A stretch of DNA of 64,000 nt from Cenococcum geophilum. Taxonomy: Eukaryota. Under the pieces are notes generated by a model. That model was not told the origin of the DNA. It saw nothing but the letters and a program-made list of their open reading frames with translations, and did not search any database. The stretch lies in contig CP158635.1 in NCBI GenBank assembly GCA_050273025.1, positions 11,780,001 to 11,844,000 on the forward strand, given 5' to 3'. The position numbers and the translations under genes were made by a program. This document shows positions 51,201-64,000 of this stretch, in pieces. Position 1 is the first letter of the stretch. Every line of letters begins with the position of its first letter.

Positions 51201-54200
51201 TTAAGCTTCTAGTTCTAACGCTCCGTCTAACTATCTATCTATAGGTAGAATGCGGTACTAAGTTTATATTAAACGCGGAGATAGTAGTATATAGTGCTTT
51301 AGTACTCGCTTATAAATATACTACCCCTATTAGAGATAATATTATCTAGAGGCCCTATTTATATAAAGACTCTAAATAAGAGTTCTGCGAGTTATATAGC
51401 ATTAATTATCTTACGCACTAGATAATAGCGCACTAGCTTTATAAAATGGTCTATAAGAATAAGGACGGAGTTATACCCTACGCTATTAGGAGTCTTAAAC
51501 TCTAGGAAATCTATAATAAAGTTAAGTAAATAATGCCGCTAGGCTTAAGTAGGGGCCTAAAGAGGCTATAGCTTACTATAGGGTTTATAATGGCGCGATT
51601 TAGAGCGTTAGTAGGTATTATAATTATCTAGGTATTTATAGAGGTCCTAGGTAAGGCTATTCTAAGTATACTTTTACGCGATTACCTTAAAAGTATGGTT
51701 AAAACTATAGTGGCCGCCTATAGGATCGTCATAATTCCGCTTAAGAATCTCCTATTATAGTAGTATATAATTTAGCACCTAGACCTTATTATTTTGCCTT
51801 AAGAGTCCCTAATTATTAAGGGTATAGTCCTTATTACTAGTAGGAACTTATTCCTAGGTTAACTAATTATATATAGAGCGTATAAAGGCGTCCCTTTTTA
51901 TACTCTATAAATAAAATTAACTAGTAACTTAGGGGGGTATTCTATAAACGCCGTTTCGGCTAAAGCAGTTACTACTACCTCTTACTATAGCACGAGACTC
52001 TACGTAAAGTTAGTGCTAGTAAAGTAATATATAATATATAGGTAACTTGCCGGGTTATTATAGGGGATTATAGCCTAGGCTAATAGGTCTTCCCTAGGGT
52101 TAAGCGCTATTAGGCTAGTTAAAGTAGTCTTAAAGAGAATAGTAGAATACTCTAGTCCGCCGGCGTTAAGTTTATAAGGGTTACTTATATACTATACGCA
52201 TACTACTTACTAATATAGTATAGTAATACTAGGGCCGCCCACAAGGCCTATAACCCGCAAATTTTGCTATAATATAGGTAGTATAGTATTAAGGAGTATC
52301 CTTTTACTACTATCTTTAAAGCTTTTGGTATAATCTAGGCGCTAAAATAGTATATTAGCGGAATTTACTTTACCTAGCTTATATTTAATTTTAAAATTAA
52401 ACTTAGCTAGTTTCTTAGTATACTAGGCCTAGTAAGTAGATAAGCTCTTAGTGGTTATAAAGTACCTAAGATTATTATAATCGCAGAGTACGCGCGTTAC
52501 ATACGCGGCGTATTTAAGGTAATAGCGCCACGTCTTAAAGCATTATACTATAGCGAGTAGTTCTTTATTATACGTATTATACTATACTTCTAGGCTAGTA
52601 AGCTTCTAACTATAATAAGTAATTAGGTGCTAGTAGAGTTAATCTTCTTACCCTAAAGGCTAGAGAAGTATACCGCTATAGGCATAATTAGAAGCGTTAG
52701 TAATTACTATTAGGGGTAAATTAGGGTTAAAGTAGCGAAGTAGAGGAGCCTATATAAATATAGCGCGTAGCTTACGGAACGCCTACTGCGCGTTATTAGG
52801 CTAGGACTAAGGTTAATGCCATTTAGTAGGCCCTTTTAACTTATACTTTTTCTTCTTCTCCCTATCTAACGTTAGGTTATAATATACCTATGCAAAATAT
52901 ATATATAGGGGGTATACGGTATCTAAGTAGTTTTAGATAAATTACTTATAGAAGTTAGTAAAGCTAAAGAAGACCTAGATATCCTTATAGGGCTTAGGCT
53001 TAGGCTATTCCTTAATAGCTTTTACGCGGTTAGGGTCTATTATAATACCCCTAGGGGTAATAATAAAGCCTAGGAACTTAACGTTCTTAATATAAAAAAT
53101 ATATTTTAATAGTTTGGCGTATAGGCCCTAAGTATAGAGCTATTATAGTACGTACTTAACGTACTTAACGTACTTATCCTTATTATTTAAGTAGATAAGA
53201 ATATTATCTAGGTAAACTATATAGATAGTATTTACTAGGGTTTCTAGAGCTTTATAAATATAGCTCTAAAAAGTTATAGGGGCGTTAGTAAGACTAAAGG
53301 GTATTACTAGGTACTTAAAGTAACTATAGCGTGTCTTAAATACGGTTTTCTATTTATCTCCCTTTTTGATATAAATCCTATAGTACGTATTATAAAGATC
53401 CAGCTTTATAAATATCTTTGCATAGCTAAGCCTATTAAAGAGTTCGCTAACTAGCAGTAAAGGGTACAGATTTTTAATTATAATCTTATTTAGACGTCTA
53501 TAGTTAACGTATAGCCGTATTATACCGTCTGCTTTTAGCATAAAGAGGATAGGCGCTTTAGTAGGCGACTTGCTAGGCCTAATCTAGCCCTTTTTAAGAG
53601 CACTGTCTAGGTACTCTTATAAGATCTATAACTCTTTCTATCAGAGGCTATAGAGGGGTATTTATAGTAGTATTTTACCTTCTTCTAAGTCAATTATATG
53701 GTTATACTTAGGGTTCTATAATAGTATACTTGCTAGCTTATTAAAGAAGATATTAATTTCCTCCTTATATATATCTAATAGGCTAGGGGCTATAGAGGTT
53801 AAAGCAACTATTATATAATAGTGTGCTTCCAGAAGCCAGTAAAGAGAAGGGTGCGGCTAATATACGTTTTATAGGTATACTTGTACTAAGAGTGTATATA
53901 GCTCTACTATAGTATACTTAATAGTTTTAGGGTTTTAATTACCTCCCCCTTATATATAGGTAATCTACGCTAGCACTGGAGGGTCTCTATAGGTACTTGC
54001 TACTAGTAACGGCAGGTCCTTTACTATATTTAGAACCGGTATCTCTATATTTAGAGGGTCTGTATAGGTACTTACTACCAGTAATAATAGGTCCTTTATT
54101 ATATTTATAACTAGCATAAAGAAGGGGTCTTCTAGCTATAGCGAATAGACTATTTCGCTAGCCTTAATGTTTACTAGAAGAGTATTAAGGGTAACTATTT

Positions 54201-55805
54201 AGAGGCGTCTAGGGTCTAAAGTACCTAAATAAACTATCTAAAACGGAAGCTAATTAATAGATCTACTTCCGCAAGCTAATCCTATTTAAAAACTATATTA
54301 TAACTATTAAATAAGCCGCCCTAAAAGGTCTGCGGGCTAATAGTACGAGGGGTACCCTAGAAGTCACTAGTGGTAACTATTAAATTATAAGCGTCCTAGA
54401 TTATTATCTAGTTACTATTAAGGAAATATATAATAAGTTTATATAAATATAGCGCGTAGTATGTAGGTAGGTTAAACCTATAGACGATATCTTAATTAAT
54501 AAGGTTAATTTAGCACCTATTATTATATAAAGTATATAGGCGGACTTTACCCTAGGGCGTATTTATTACGACGTATACTATAATACGTTTCTTCTCTCCC
54601 TTTATATTAGGCCCTAGTTATAGTTAAAAGAGATACGTTACTAGGGCTTTAGGTTTTCCAAAGCCTAAGCTAACTTCTCTTTATTAGCCTACTTCTAGTA
54701 TTCCTTATAGTAGCCGCCTCGGTCCTTTAACTTACCTACGTAGTACTAGCGCCTGGGGGGTCCCCTAAGCCATCTAACTTTTAGGTAATCTCCCTAGGAG
54801 TTTACTTAGAAAAGCGTTGCCCTTTTTAGGTTTTATTCCCTAAGCCTAACTCTATAAAGCCTATACTGCGACCGCGTTTTATACGCAATAATTTGCCGCT
54901 ACTACTTACGCGATCTTCTATAAGCTTTATGGTGTTAAGCAATTACTCTACACAGCGGATTTCGTTAAAGAGGTCTTTAGCGGTTCTTACCTATTGGGCG
55001 AAGTTCTAGCGGAAGAGCTTTACTTATAGGTGGACTAGGAAATATAAGAACTAAAAGTCTACCTATTGTTTAGGATTAATAAAAGGGGTATATAAGAAGA
55101 GGTCCTTTAAGCTACGTATATAGGCTAGGAAGACGTTAAACCTCTAGTTCTCCTTTATAACAGCCGTATAGTATATTATAGTGTTATTAAAGCGTCTTAC
55201 TATAGGGTTCCTAATCTAGTCTTAGACTATAGTCTTAAACTTATCCTATAGTAAAGGACCCTTATCCTTAGTGCCTAACCGGCAATAAACTAGTTAAGTA
55301 ATTGTCTTCTCTTTTATAAGACCTTTAATGGCCTAGCACGTGCGTCGCTTACAGTTATAGTTAGCGTTATTAACCTTACTAAATTAGTTCTTAATTGCGG
55401 CAATCCACCGGTTAAAATACTGTTAAGTAGTACCGCTAATATTAGGTAGTGACTTCTTAACTAGGGTATTAAGATTTAATCGACGTATACGTTCGCTATA
55501 TAACTTATACTCTTTACTAAAGAGGTAACGGAAGGGCTTTATTAAATTAATAATGCTCTATAAGTTGGCTATTTTCTTAGCTAGCTTATCTAGCTCCTTT
55601 ATATTAGCGGTATTAGGTAGGACGCTAGTAACCTTACTAAGCTCCTATTAAGCCTAGGTATATAAATTAAACTAGTCTTTAGCGTTCGTAGATGTCTAAT
55701 CATTTTAAGATTTAGAAAATAGCTTAGATGCTGCTAGTATACTTCTAGCGGTTTCGTTTACACTAGATCCTAAGGCGTTCTGCGGTTATATCGCCAGCGT
55801 ATTAC

Positions 55806-58548
55806 TGTAAGGGTTATTTTGGCCCTTACTCGGCTGCATCGCCTAGGGGCTCTTAGGGGTCGCCAAGGCTAGCCTTTGGCTAGCCCTTGGCACCTCCTTA
55901 TAAGCACCTCGGGCTTGCAGCCCTTCCCTCCTCATCGGTTCGTCTCTGTACCTAGGCTATTGCCTACCCTTATTACTATATCGTCCTCTTCCATCGACTC
56001 CCTATGTGACTCATGCTTGGCTTGCCTGCTCCCTACCGTACACCCTGGCAATACTGCCTTACATTCGAACCGATCCTACACCCTTGCGGGTGGTAGCCTG
56101 CAGCAAGCTGAGGGCTGCGCCCTTGAGCAATTTCACGATCCTCTATTTTTACCTAGGACGATCGCGTTTACTGCGACACAGCAGGTACACCAGCAGACGC
56201 CTGGCAGATCGCATCCGCATATAAAGGTTCATTGGAATACGGATCGAGTCCTCTACCTTACCTAGGACGATCGCGTATGCTGTAGAGCAGCTACACTAGC
56301 AGACGCCTGGTAGATCGCATCCGCATATTACGGTTGGTAGATATAGATTAGGAGAAAAAAGGAATTCTTAATCCTTTCCCTTTTACCTAGGCCGATTAGT
56401 TCACTGTAATAAGTAGGTATACTAGCAGATATCTGGGATCGCGTCTGCTAATAACGGTTATGGAATACGGATTAGAGAAGGGAGACCAGATCGGACGCGA
56501 TCACCTCCTAAGGAGACTGGTAACGCTCTCTAGGCCAACCGCGGTTTACTCGCGATAGAGGTCCCACTAACAGAGATTGGAAGGTTGAACGTCCTTAAAA
56601 GAGATGCAAAGAGCTACGGCTCTTAGATCGTTCGCGATCGCTTAAGGGCTACGGCCCGACCCGGAGACTCTCCGGCTGTCAGCCTGAGGGCTGCCGAGAC
56701 TAAACTGTAGGCGGTTGTCTCTTAGAGCTACGGCTTACCTCGAGCTTCGGCTTAAAGATCCTACGCGATTAAGCTTGTAAATACTTAATAGGTTAACCAC
56801 GGTTTACTCGCAACAGAGGTCCTACTAATAGAGGTTGGAAGGTTGAACGTCCTTAAAGAGATGCAGCTACCCTGGAGGCTATCTGATTGCTATTTAATGG
56901 CTATCCGAAGAACTGATGGCTAGTTTTTAAAGCTACAGCTACTACCATGCGCTTCCAGATTAAATGTAATTAAGGGCTACTGCCTAATTAGCCATAGAGC
57001 TGCCGAGACTAAATCGAAAGCGATTGTCTCTTAGAGCTACGGCTTGTCTTAGGGCTACTGCCTAATTAGCTAAAGGGCTGCCGAGACTAAACCGTAGGCG
57101 GTTGTTTTTCATTAAGCTACGGCTTACCTTAAGAGCTTCGGCTCAGAGATCCTATGTGATCTTATAAGCTACTGCTTGCTTTAAGAGCTACTGCTCTTAG
57201 ATCGTTCGCGATCGCTTAAGGGCTACGGCCACCCGGAGACTCCGGATACCAGCCATGGGGCTGCCGAGACTTAATCGTACGCGATTGTCTCTTCTAAAGT
57301 TATAAGCTCAGCTTATGAGATCCTATTGCGGTTAAATGCCATCCTTAAGCTATAGCTACAGCTTTAAGAGCTACGGCTCATTGAGATCGTAGGTGGTCTC
57401 GTAAGCTACTGCTTGCCTTAAGAGCTACGGCTCGTCCTTGAGCTACGGCTTAAAGATCGTACGTGATTATCTTTCGGCAAGGCTTTGGTTGCTCTAAGAG
57501 CTCTAGCTTGTATTAAGAGCTACAGCTTGCCTAAGAGAATGGCAGCAGCTTAAAGATTGTACGCGATCATCTTTTGGCAAGGCTTTGGTTGCTCTAAGAG
57601 CTCCAGCTTGCATTAAGAGCTACAGCTTGCCTAAGAGAATGGCAGCAGCTTAAAGATCGTACGCGATTATCTCTCTGTAAGGTTTTGGTCGCTCCAAGAG
57701 CTCCAGCTTGTATTAAGAGCTATAGCTTGCCCAAGAGAATGGCAGCAGCTTAAAGATCCTACGCGATCTCTTAGCAAAGCTTTAGTTGCTCTAAGAGCTC
57801 CAGCTTGCTTTAAAAGCTCATAAGACCCTATTACGGTTAAATACCGATATCTCTCCGAACCCCTTCCGGGACGAGCCCTCTATAATCTCCCGCTACCGCA
57901 AGGTAATGGAGGGGGCTGACCGCAAGAAGGGGGGGGGGGTAATGTAAGGGATATTCTTGCGATCAAGCCGGCTCCAAGTGGAGACTATCTGGCTGTTAGC
58001 CATAGAGCTGTCGAGACTTAATCGCAGGCGATTGTCTCTTCAAGACTGATCGTATACGATCAAGTCTTACCCCACTAGCAGACGCTCTTTTCCTACCTAA
58101 AATAGGCCCTTTTTCCCACTGGGTTTTGGCTATAGGTTAAGGTTTTTATCAAGGCTGCTTAGCTAGTCCTTTTCCCCTATTTCTTTATTCCCCTGTATAA
58201 GCAAGGCTTCTGCACTGCTTACCTTTCTATATATAGAATTAATCTATTGGGATACGGGCTGGGGGCCAGCCCTAACCAAGGGGGGGGCAATGTAAGGGTT
58301 ATTTTAGCCCTTACTCGGCTGCATCGCCTAGGGGCTCTTAGGGGTCGCTAAGGCTAGCCTTTAGCTAGCCCTTGGCACCTCCTTATAAGCACCTCGGGCT
58401 TATAGCCCTTCCCTCCTTATTGGTTCGTCTCTGTACCTAGGCTATTACCTACCCTTATTACTATATTGTCCTCTTCTATTAACTCCCTATATAACTTATA
58501 CTCGGCTTACCTACTCCTTACTATATACCCTAGCAATACTGCCTTATA
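55806..58548 (+). mobile_element. Non-autonomous, non-coding LTR retroelement F (TRIM/LARD-like, 2.74 kb)
   Basis: 258-bp LTRs 55806-56063 and 58291-58548, TSD ATTAC (55801-05, 58549-53), PPT aagggggggg before the 3' LTR, repetitive interior with no gag/pol. Confidence 0.93.
56064..58290 (+). ncRNA. Putative highly structured RNA interior of element F (hairpin arrays)
   Basis: Many RRGC-T(A/T)CG-GCYY, GATCG-NNNN-CGATC and GAGAC..AATCG-NNNN-CGATT.GTCTC hairpins inside ~97-120 bp higher-order repeats. Confidence 0.5.
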
Positions 58549-59164
58549 ATTACCGTTAGGTATAGGCGTCGGTTTTCTTTTTAGAGGCATTATAGAAAAA
58601 TTAAACCGGCTATCCTCTTAAGGGGATTAGTAAGGATTTAAATGTAAGGTAAAAATATAGATAGGGAGTCTAATAATAGAACAATAGGTATATTGTATAG
58701 ACAGAGACAAATCCTTAAGGGAAAAGGAGGAGTCTGTATATAAGGTAGGAAGGGTTTTTCCTAAGTATATATAGAGCACGTACCTTATAGGCAAGTTACC
58801 CCTAAGTTGCCCTAGGGTCGCCTATACCTTACGGCTATATAATTATTTACTTAGGTTTTACCTAATAGCTAATTAGGACGAATAGATTAGCCTTATTAGG
58901 CTTTAAGCCTAATTAGAAGACGTATAGAAATATATTAACCCCTTAACTAAAAAGAATAAGTTATTCTAATTAATTAAACTAATCTTTTCTAGGCCTTAAG
59001 ATATAAAGCTAGGAATAACCTTATATATAGCTCTCTTTAAGAATAAGAAGGACAAGCTTTAAATTCTCTATAAGAGGTATAAGATAGTAAAGAAGGAATA
59101 TAAGAAGTAGAAGGCAGCTTTAACCTCCCTATAAAGCTATATTACTAGTATAGTAGTTAGAAAC

Positions 59165-59955
59165 TATTATAGGACACCCTCGTAACACCTTACACACGTC
59201 TACCTATTTCTACTAACTTAGCAATTAAAAACTAATCGCGAAATAGCAATTTAATGGCAATCTAATGGCAATCTAACGGCAATTTACGGCATTCTACTAT
59301 ATTTTACTAAGTTCTACTAAATTCTACTAAGTTCTGCTATGACTATAACCTAAACCCTATTCTACCCTATATACGTATTAATTAAGTAACTAAGTTAATA
59401 ATATATACCCTTTCTTCTTGTTTTTCTACCTTCTTTCCTTATATAACGTCTTAACCTCCTTATACAGTTTATATATATAGCTTAATAATATCTACCTTGC
59501 TATATATTATCGCCGCTTATACTTACTCCGTAACACTATATTATGTTAACTTTATATACCATCTCCAAAATACAGAACAGCCCTAAAGCCCCTATAACGG
59601 CCGCTGGTATTATATTTACACTCTAAGAATAACTAGTAGAAATATAAAAGTCTTTTATAAACGCCCTTATATAAAACTAAGCTACTCTAAATTAATAATA
59701 AGCTAAATAAGAAGCATAATACTAGCAATTAATTAAGGACCTCTAAGAAGAAATCCTTAAGACTAAACACTATCTCTAGAGATAAATACGCGGAACGCGA
59801 GCCCTAAACCTATATCAACTGTCTACCTTAAACCGACTACTATACTAAAACAATCTAAATAACTACTAAATCCCCTAGTATTTACTAGTAAATAATAAAA
59901 ACTCTAATTATTTTTAAGCTAGCTTAAAAATAAGCTAACTTATAACGCTAACTGT
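59165..59955 (+). mobile_element. LTR retrotransposon G, 5' LTR (59165-59535) and gag start, interrupted by A'
   Basis: RIPped TGTTACGG...CCGTAACA termini, internal 11-bp and 10-bp tandem repeats, followed by a gag-like coiled-coil ORF. Confidence 0.65.
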
Positions 59956-62900
59956 TATTATAGACGCTTTAAGTATAATATTATAACTACTTAGAGAAGA
60001 GTTAGAAGAAGCTAGTTAGTTAATTTAGGCACGGTCTAGGATGGAGCCGATAGAGCTATATAATAAGGAATAGTAACTAAGGTTATATAACGTTGTACGT
60101 AGTATACGCAGTGTACGAAGGGAATGTACGTATAATACGTATAACACGTACTTTACGTACAAAGGGGATTTCTTAGGAGTACGGTTGTGTATTTAAAGGA
60201 CCACAGTCCCTACCTAAATAGTTCTCTCCTTTGTAGTAAATCTTAGAATATAATTAGAGTTAATCTATTAGGCAACTACTCCACTAGTTATTATTACGTT
60301 ATTAACTTCTTATTTACCTATATACCTAGCCTATTAATAAATCCACCGTAGTTCCTACTACAAGGCTTTATTATATATTTACTACTAAGGTTATAGTATT
60401 AATAAAGTCAAATAATATACCACTAAAAGTACCAGCTATAACGCTATTAACGGCGGCAACTACTTTAAGGTTAGGTAACGACACTAATATAGTAGATACT
60501 AACTTATAGTAACCTATAACGGTCGGACAGCTATAAGAGATAGTCGACCAGTTAATAGAAAATAATGTGATGTTAGAAAATAGGATTAACGGGATAGGAG
60601 TAGCAAAGATTAAGCTACTATTAATCGAAAGGTACTTAGGGGAAAGATTAAAACTTAAAGGATTCCTTACGTAAATGCACTTTAAGGTTATATAAGAAGG
60701 GGCAAAGCTACTAATACCTATAAATTAAATAGCATATGCGGGACTATTCCTATTAGGAAGGGCACTTAAATAGTTTAAACTTTACCTTATAGAAATATAA
60801 GCGAATGGTATAATAACCACTAACTAAGACGTATGGTTTATATTTATAAGGGTTTACGGAACAACTTATATAGATATTTAGAGACCTAAAGGCGGTAACT
60901 ATAGCGAAAAGAAAACTCTAAGACATTATATAATAAACCTTAGTAATTAAGTATATAATGCGGTTCTAAACGTTAGTAATATAAGTAGAGTAGAATAATA
61001 AGGCGCTTATAGTATAGTATAAGTAAGGACTTAAGGCTAAAGTCTAGGATGTAATTATCCTAATAGAAGATACGGACACCCTAAGGGAATTAATAAATTA
61101 AGTAATTAAGATTAACAATTAGATCTACTAAAGGGAATAGGCCAAGAGAGGCTAGGATAGAGTTTTATAGTTATATAAGGCGTAGAGTACGTAATAACTA
61201 AAGCTAAGTTAGAAACTATAGTATAGCGTAGAGCCGATAGACCTAAGTAGTATTAAAGAAAATAAGAAATAAAATAAACGACTATAGAAACCCAGAGAAC
61301 AAGGATTAAGTAATTAAAGGTTTAAGAAGTAGAGGCTAAACTAGGGATCTTAGTAGTAGAAGATATTTAGGCGGACTTTATAGCAAGAAAAATGGTTTAA
61401 AGAGGGAGCTTATATAAATTACGGAAAATAGGGTTATTATATTAGAGACTGTAGAAGTAGGTAGAGTTACTATATAGTAAAAGGCATAAGACTAGCAGAC
61501 AATATACACGTATAAAGGGATAATAATATACTGCAAGGAACAAAAGAATGTTTAATTAAAAGTTTTGTGTTTTATTATAATAATATATACCAAATTTATA
61601 AGAACGCTAAGTATAGTATAAGCTATTAGCTATAAGAGCTAGCACCTATAAGATATAGAGGAACTAACGAACTAGTTTATAGATCGGATATTAAGGATGA
61701 TAAATTTAATATAGGCGAAATATTTTATAATAATAAGGCAATATAGGCCGCTTACTAGGAGCGAGTAGACCTCGGAAATGTTATACTAGAGGCAGAGGAT
61801 AATTCCACTATAAAATAGGGAATATTAGTAAGGATTAAGACCCCACTAGACATAATATCTATTGCTTTATAAGATATAAGAGAAGTAAGATAGTAAACCA
61901 CTTTAGTATTTAATAAAGGCAAAAGGCCAAAAGCTTAAGATTCTTAAAATAAGATATAAGATAACCAAGATTCTTAAGACAAGATAAAAACACTAAGTAA
62001 GCCTAGTTAGACTAAGGCTAGAGCAAAGCTTAAGATAGAAGCAAGCTTAGGATTAAGAATCCTATAGGGCTAAGAATTCGGAGTATAAATAAGGACACCT
62101 ATAAATAAGAAGTAAGAGGCTTTCTTATAGATTAGAGAATCTATAGCATAAACAGCAATTAGACTAGAAGATAGATATATAAACCTAGAAGATTTACTAG
62201 GAGAATATAGTGTTTAGCCTAAAGATTAAAATATTAATACTAAGATTAAGAAGTAGGAAGACTTTAAAGATCTAAGCGCGAGACGCAAACTAAAAGAAAC
62301 TATAAAAGAATTTAGACGAAGAATTATCGCATAGTAAGAACAGAAACTAGATAAGAGATCTAGTATATTAGGACGTATAAGGGATAAAGCGCTAGTATAA
62401 AGAATTACTAATAGGCCTAGGGCAGGCATATTAAGAGCTAAGTAGCTTACTAAACTGGAAGACGAAGAGGATTTAGGGATCCCTACTAGGTTCGAAGAAC
62501 GATATATAAAAGGCTATTATAACGCAGTAATAAGAAGATACTTCCTTACGGATAAGCCGTATATACTCTAATAGCTATACTAAAAGTGGTATAGGCAGCG
62601 ACATAACGACGAGTAGGAAGATTTCTATATATAGTTAGATGAACGAGTTATCTAAAACCACCTAATTATAGAGAAGGCCATAACGTATATTAAAGGAGCC
62701 TTAATTATAACATTAAAGGATCTAGAGGAATAATTAGAGGACTAGAGAAGCAAGAGACGTATCTTAGTACCTATAAACAAAGTTATAACGTTTAGATTAG
62801 TACAATAAAGGTTTAAACTTAAGGATAAAGATAAGTTAAGAGTTAACCTAAAGCACCTAGTATACTATACGCTATTATAGATTGTATACGTGAATAATAT

Positions 62901-64000
62901 ATATAAAATGCATAAGAATCTAAAGGAAAAGAATCGGAAATACCTTATAAGGATATATTAGATAATAGATAAACAATAATATAGAAATGCTAAGTATATA
63001 TATAGATAGCATCTAGCAGAAGTTTAAGAGGAAGGAAATTTAATACTTTAACTAGAAAGATTTCTTATAGAAAAATGCTTAGACGGATAATAGTAGTAGG
63101 AATGCCTAAAGAATATATGTCTATAGTATATTAAAGATAAAAAGCGAACTAGGTATTAGCTAAAGAGTAAGCTAAGTATAATAGGATTAAGCAGCTAATA
63201 GTTAGGAAAAGTAGAGGCCTATAGGACTAAAGGGAGCTAGTAGTAGAGCCTTAAACCCTTAAAGGAATTTAAGGATAACACCTAAATTTAAGAGTTAATT
63301 AGTAAGATTAGTAGTTTAAAGCGCTAATAGATAGTAGAGTAACGCGGAACTATATCTTACTAGCAGTAGTTAAGAGAATGGGATTACCTTATAGATAGAA
63401 GGAATAACCTTACCTATTAGTTATAATTTTAGAAGATCTAATAGCCTATAGAGAAGGGATTATTAATATTAAAACAGGACCTATTTAAATAATTATTAAA
63501 GAAAAACGAATTAAGACGTCTTTTAATATCCTACTATTAGAACGGGATAAGGCAGTATTAGGTATGCCTTAGTTATAGAAATACAATCTAAGGATTAATT
63601 AAATTATAGGTTAAGTTAATATTAGAAATACTTAACGCTATAAGATGCAATAGTAAACTAAGTTAGTATAGTACTAAGTTAAAGTAATATATAAAGAGAT
63701 TAAGCGAGGCTTAAGTTATATACTAAAGAGATACTATAAGTATAGCAAGAAACTATAGAGCCTAAAAAGTAAAAAGCTGGTAGATTATATAGTATAGGAC
63801 TATAAGATAGAGTTAGAACTAGGAATAAGTCTAAGGTTCTTCCTAACCTATAAGCTTACTTAAGAGAAGGCGAGCGTACTTAAAGAGTTTGTCTAGGAGA
63901 ACTTATGAAAGAGATACATTAGACTATTATAGTTATTAATAGGTTATCTAGTACTATTTATACTAAAAAAGAATGGAAAGCTTAGGTTATATATTAACTA
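59956..64000 (+). mobile_element. Second copy of gypsy family A (A'): 5' LTR, gag, protease, start of RT; runs off the window
   Basis: LTR 59956-60375 homologous to 40042-40438; Zn knuckle ~61411-61452; protease region with LGMPWL..NP.IDW ~63558-63603; 63895-64000 aligns with 23470-23577. Confidence 0.9.

Larger units (their letters stand above)
49202..58867 (-). mobile_element. Full-length Ty3/Gypsy element D (minus strand), host of F
   Basis: 225-bp LTRs 49202-49426 and 58643-58867, TSD GCTAA (49197-201, 58868-72), PPT at 49427-49439, RT fragment ORF 53350..53541, RNase H, integrase, chromodomain ~50465-50620. Confidence 0.95.
48836..59164 (+). mobile_element. Ty1/Copia-like element E, 5' part (LTR and gag start), split by D and G
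   Basis: LTR TGTCAG..TTAACA 48836-49045 followed by GTTATAAGCC (RIPped GGTTATGAGCC-type start); gag-like IL..NQDEWISLI..DVWKYIDP continues across D (49170-49201 + 58873-59164). Confidence 0.7.

Noticed and set aside
56064..58290. Hammerhead ribozyme (retrozyme) in element F
   Set aside because: No CUGANGA...GAAA core with the required three stems found by eye; an Infernal search would be needed to exclude it fully.

Overview
Fungal (Pezizomycotina-type) genomic DNA, almost entirely degraded by repeat-induced point mutation (RIP: pervasive CpA->TpA / TpG->TpA, TAA/TAG stops replacing Gln/Trp). Protein motifs quoted for RIP-damaged genes are my by-eye reconstructions after reversing transitions. 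1-~23469: the captain end of a RIP-killed Starship-like giant element (DUF3435 tyrosine recombinase, FunK1 kinase, DUF3723, patatin-like phospholipase, a second kinase-like gene, unknown cargo). It abuts the RT of a Ty3/Gypsy element (A), which contains gypsy B (containing gypsy C) and is itself inserted in a PIF/Harbinger transposon ending at 43054. 43058-48835: a non-RIPped, GC-balanced island. Its only convincing gene is a 38-codon ORF missed by the ORF track (45169-45285, MPASAASS...CGESCDCCGCDESCWCVVM), a Cys-rich CAAX lipopeptide / a-factor-like precursor candidate. The island also holds a Mutator-like non-autonomous element containing a Harbinger MITE. 48836-64000: a second nest (copia E > gypsy D > non-coding LTR element F; E > LTR element G > second copy of gypsy A). 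Highlights: the CAAX peptide gene, element F whose interior is an array of UNCG-tetraloop hairpins with compensatory changes, antisense Cys6 genes in two gypsy families, and the Starship.
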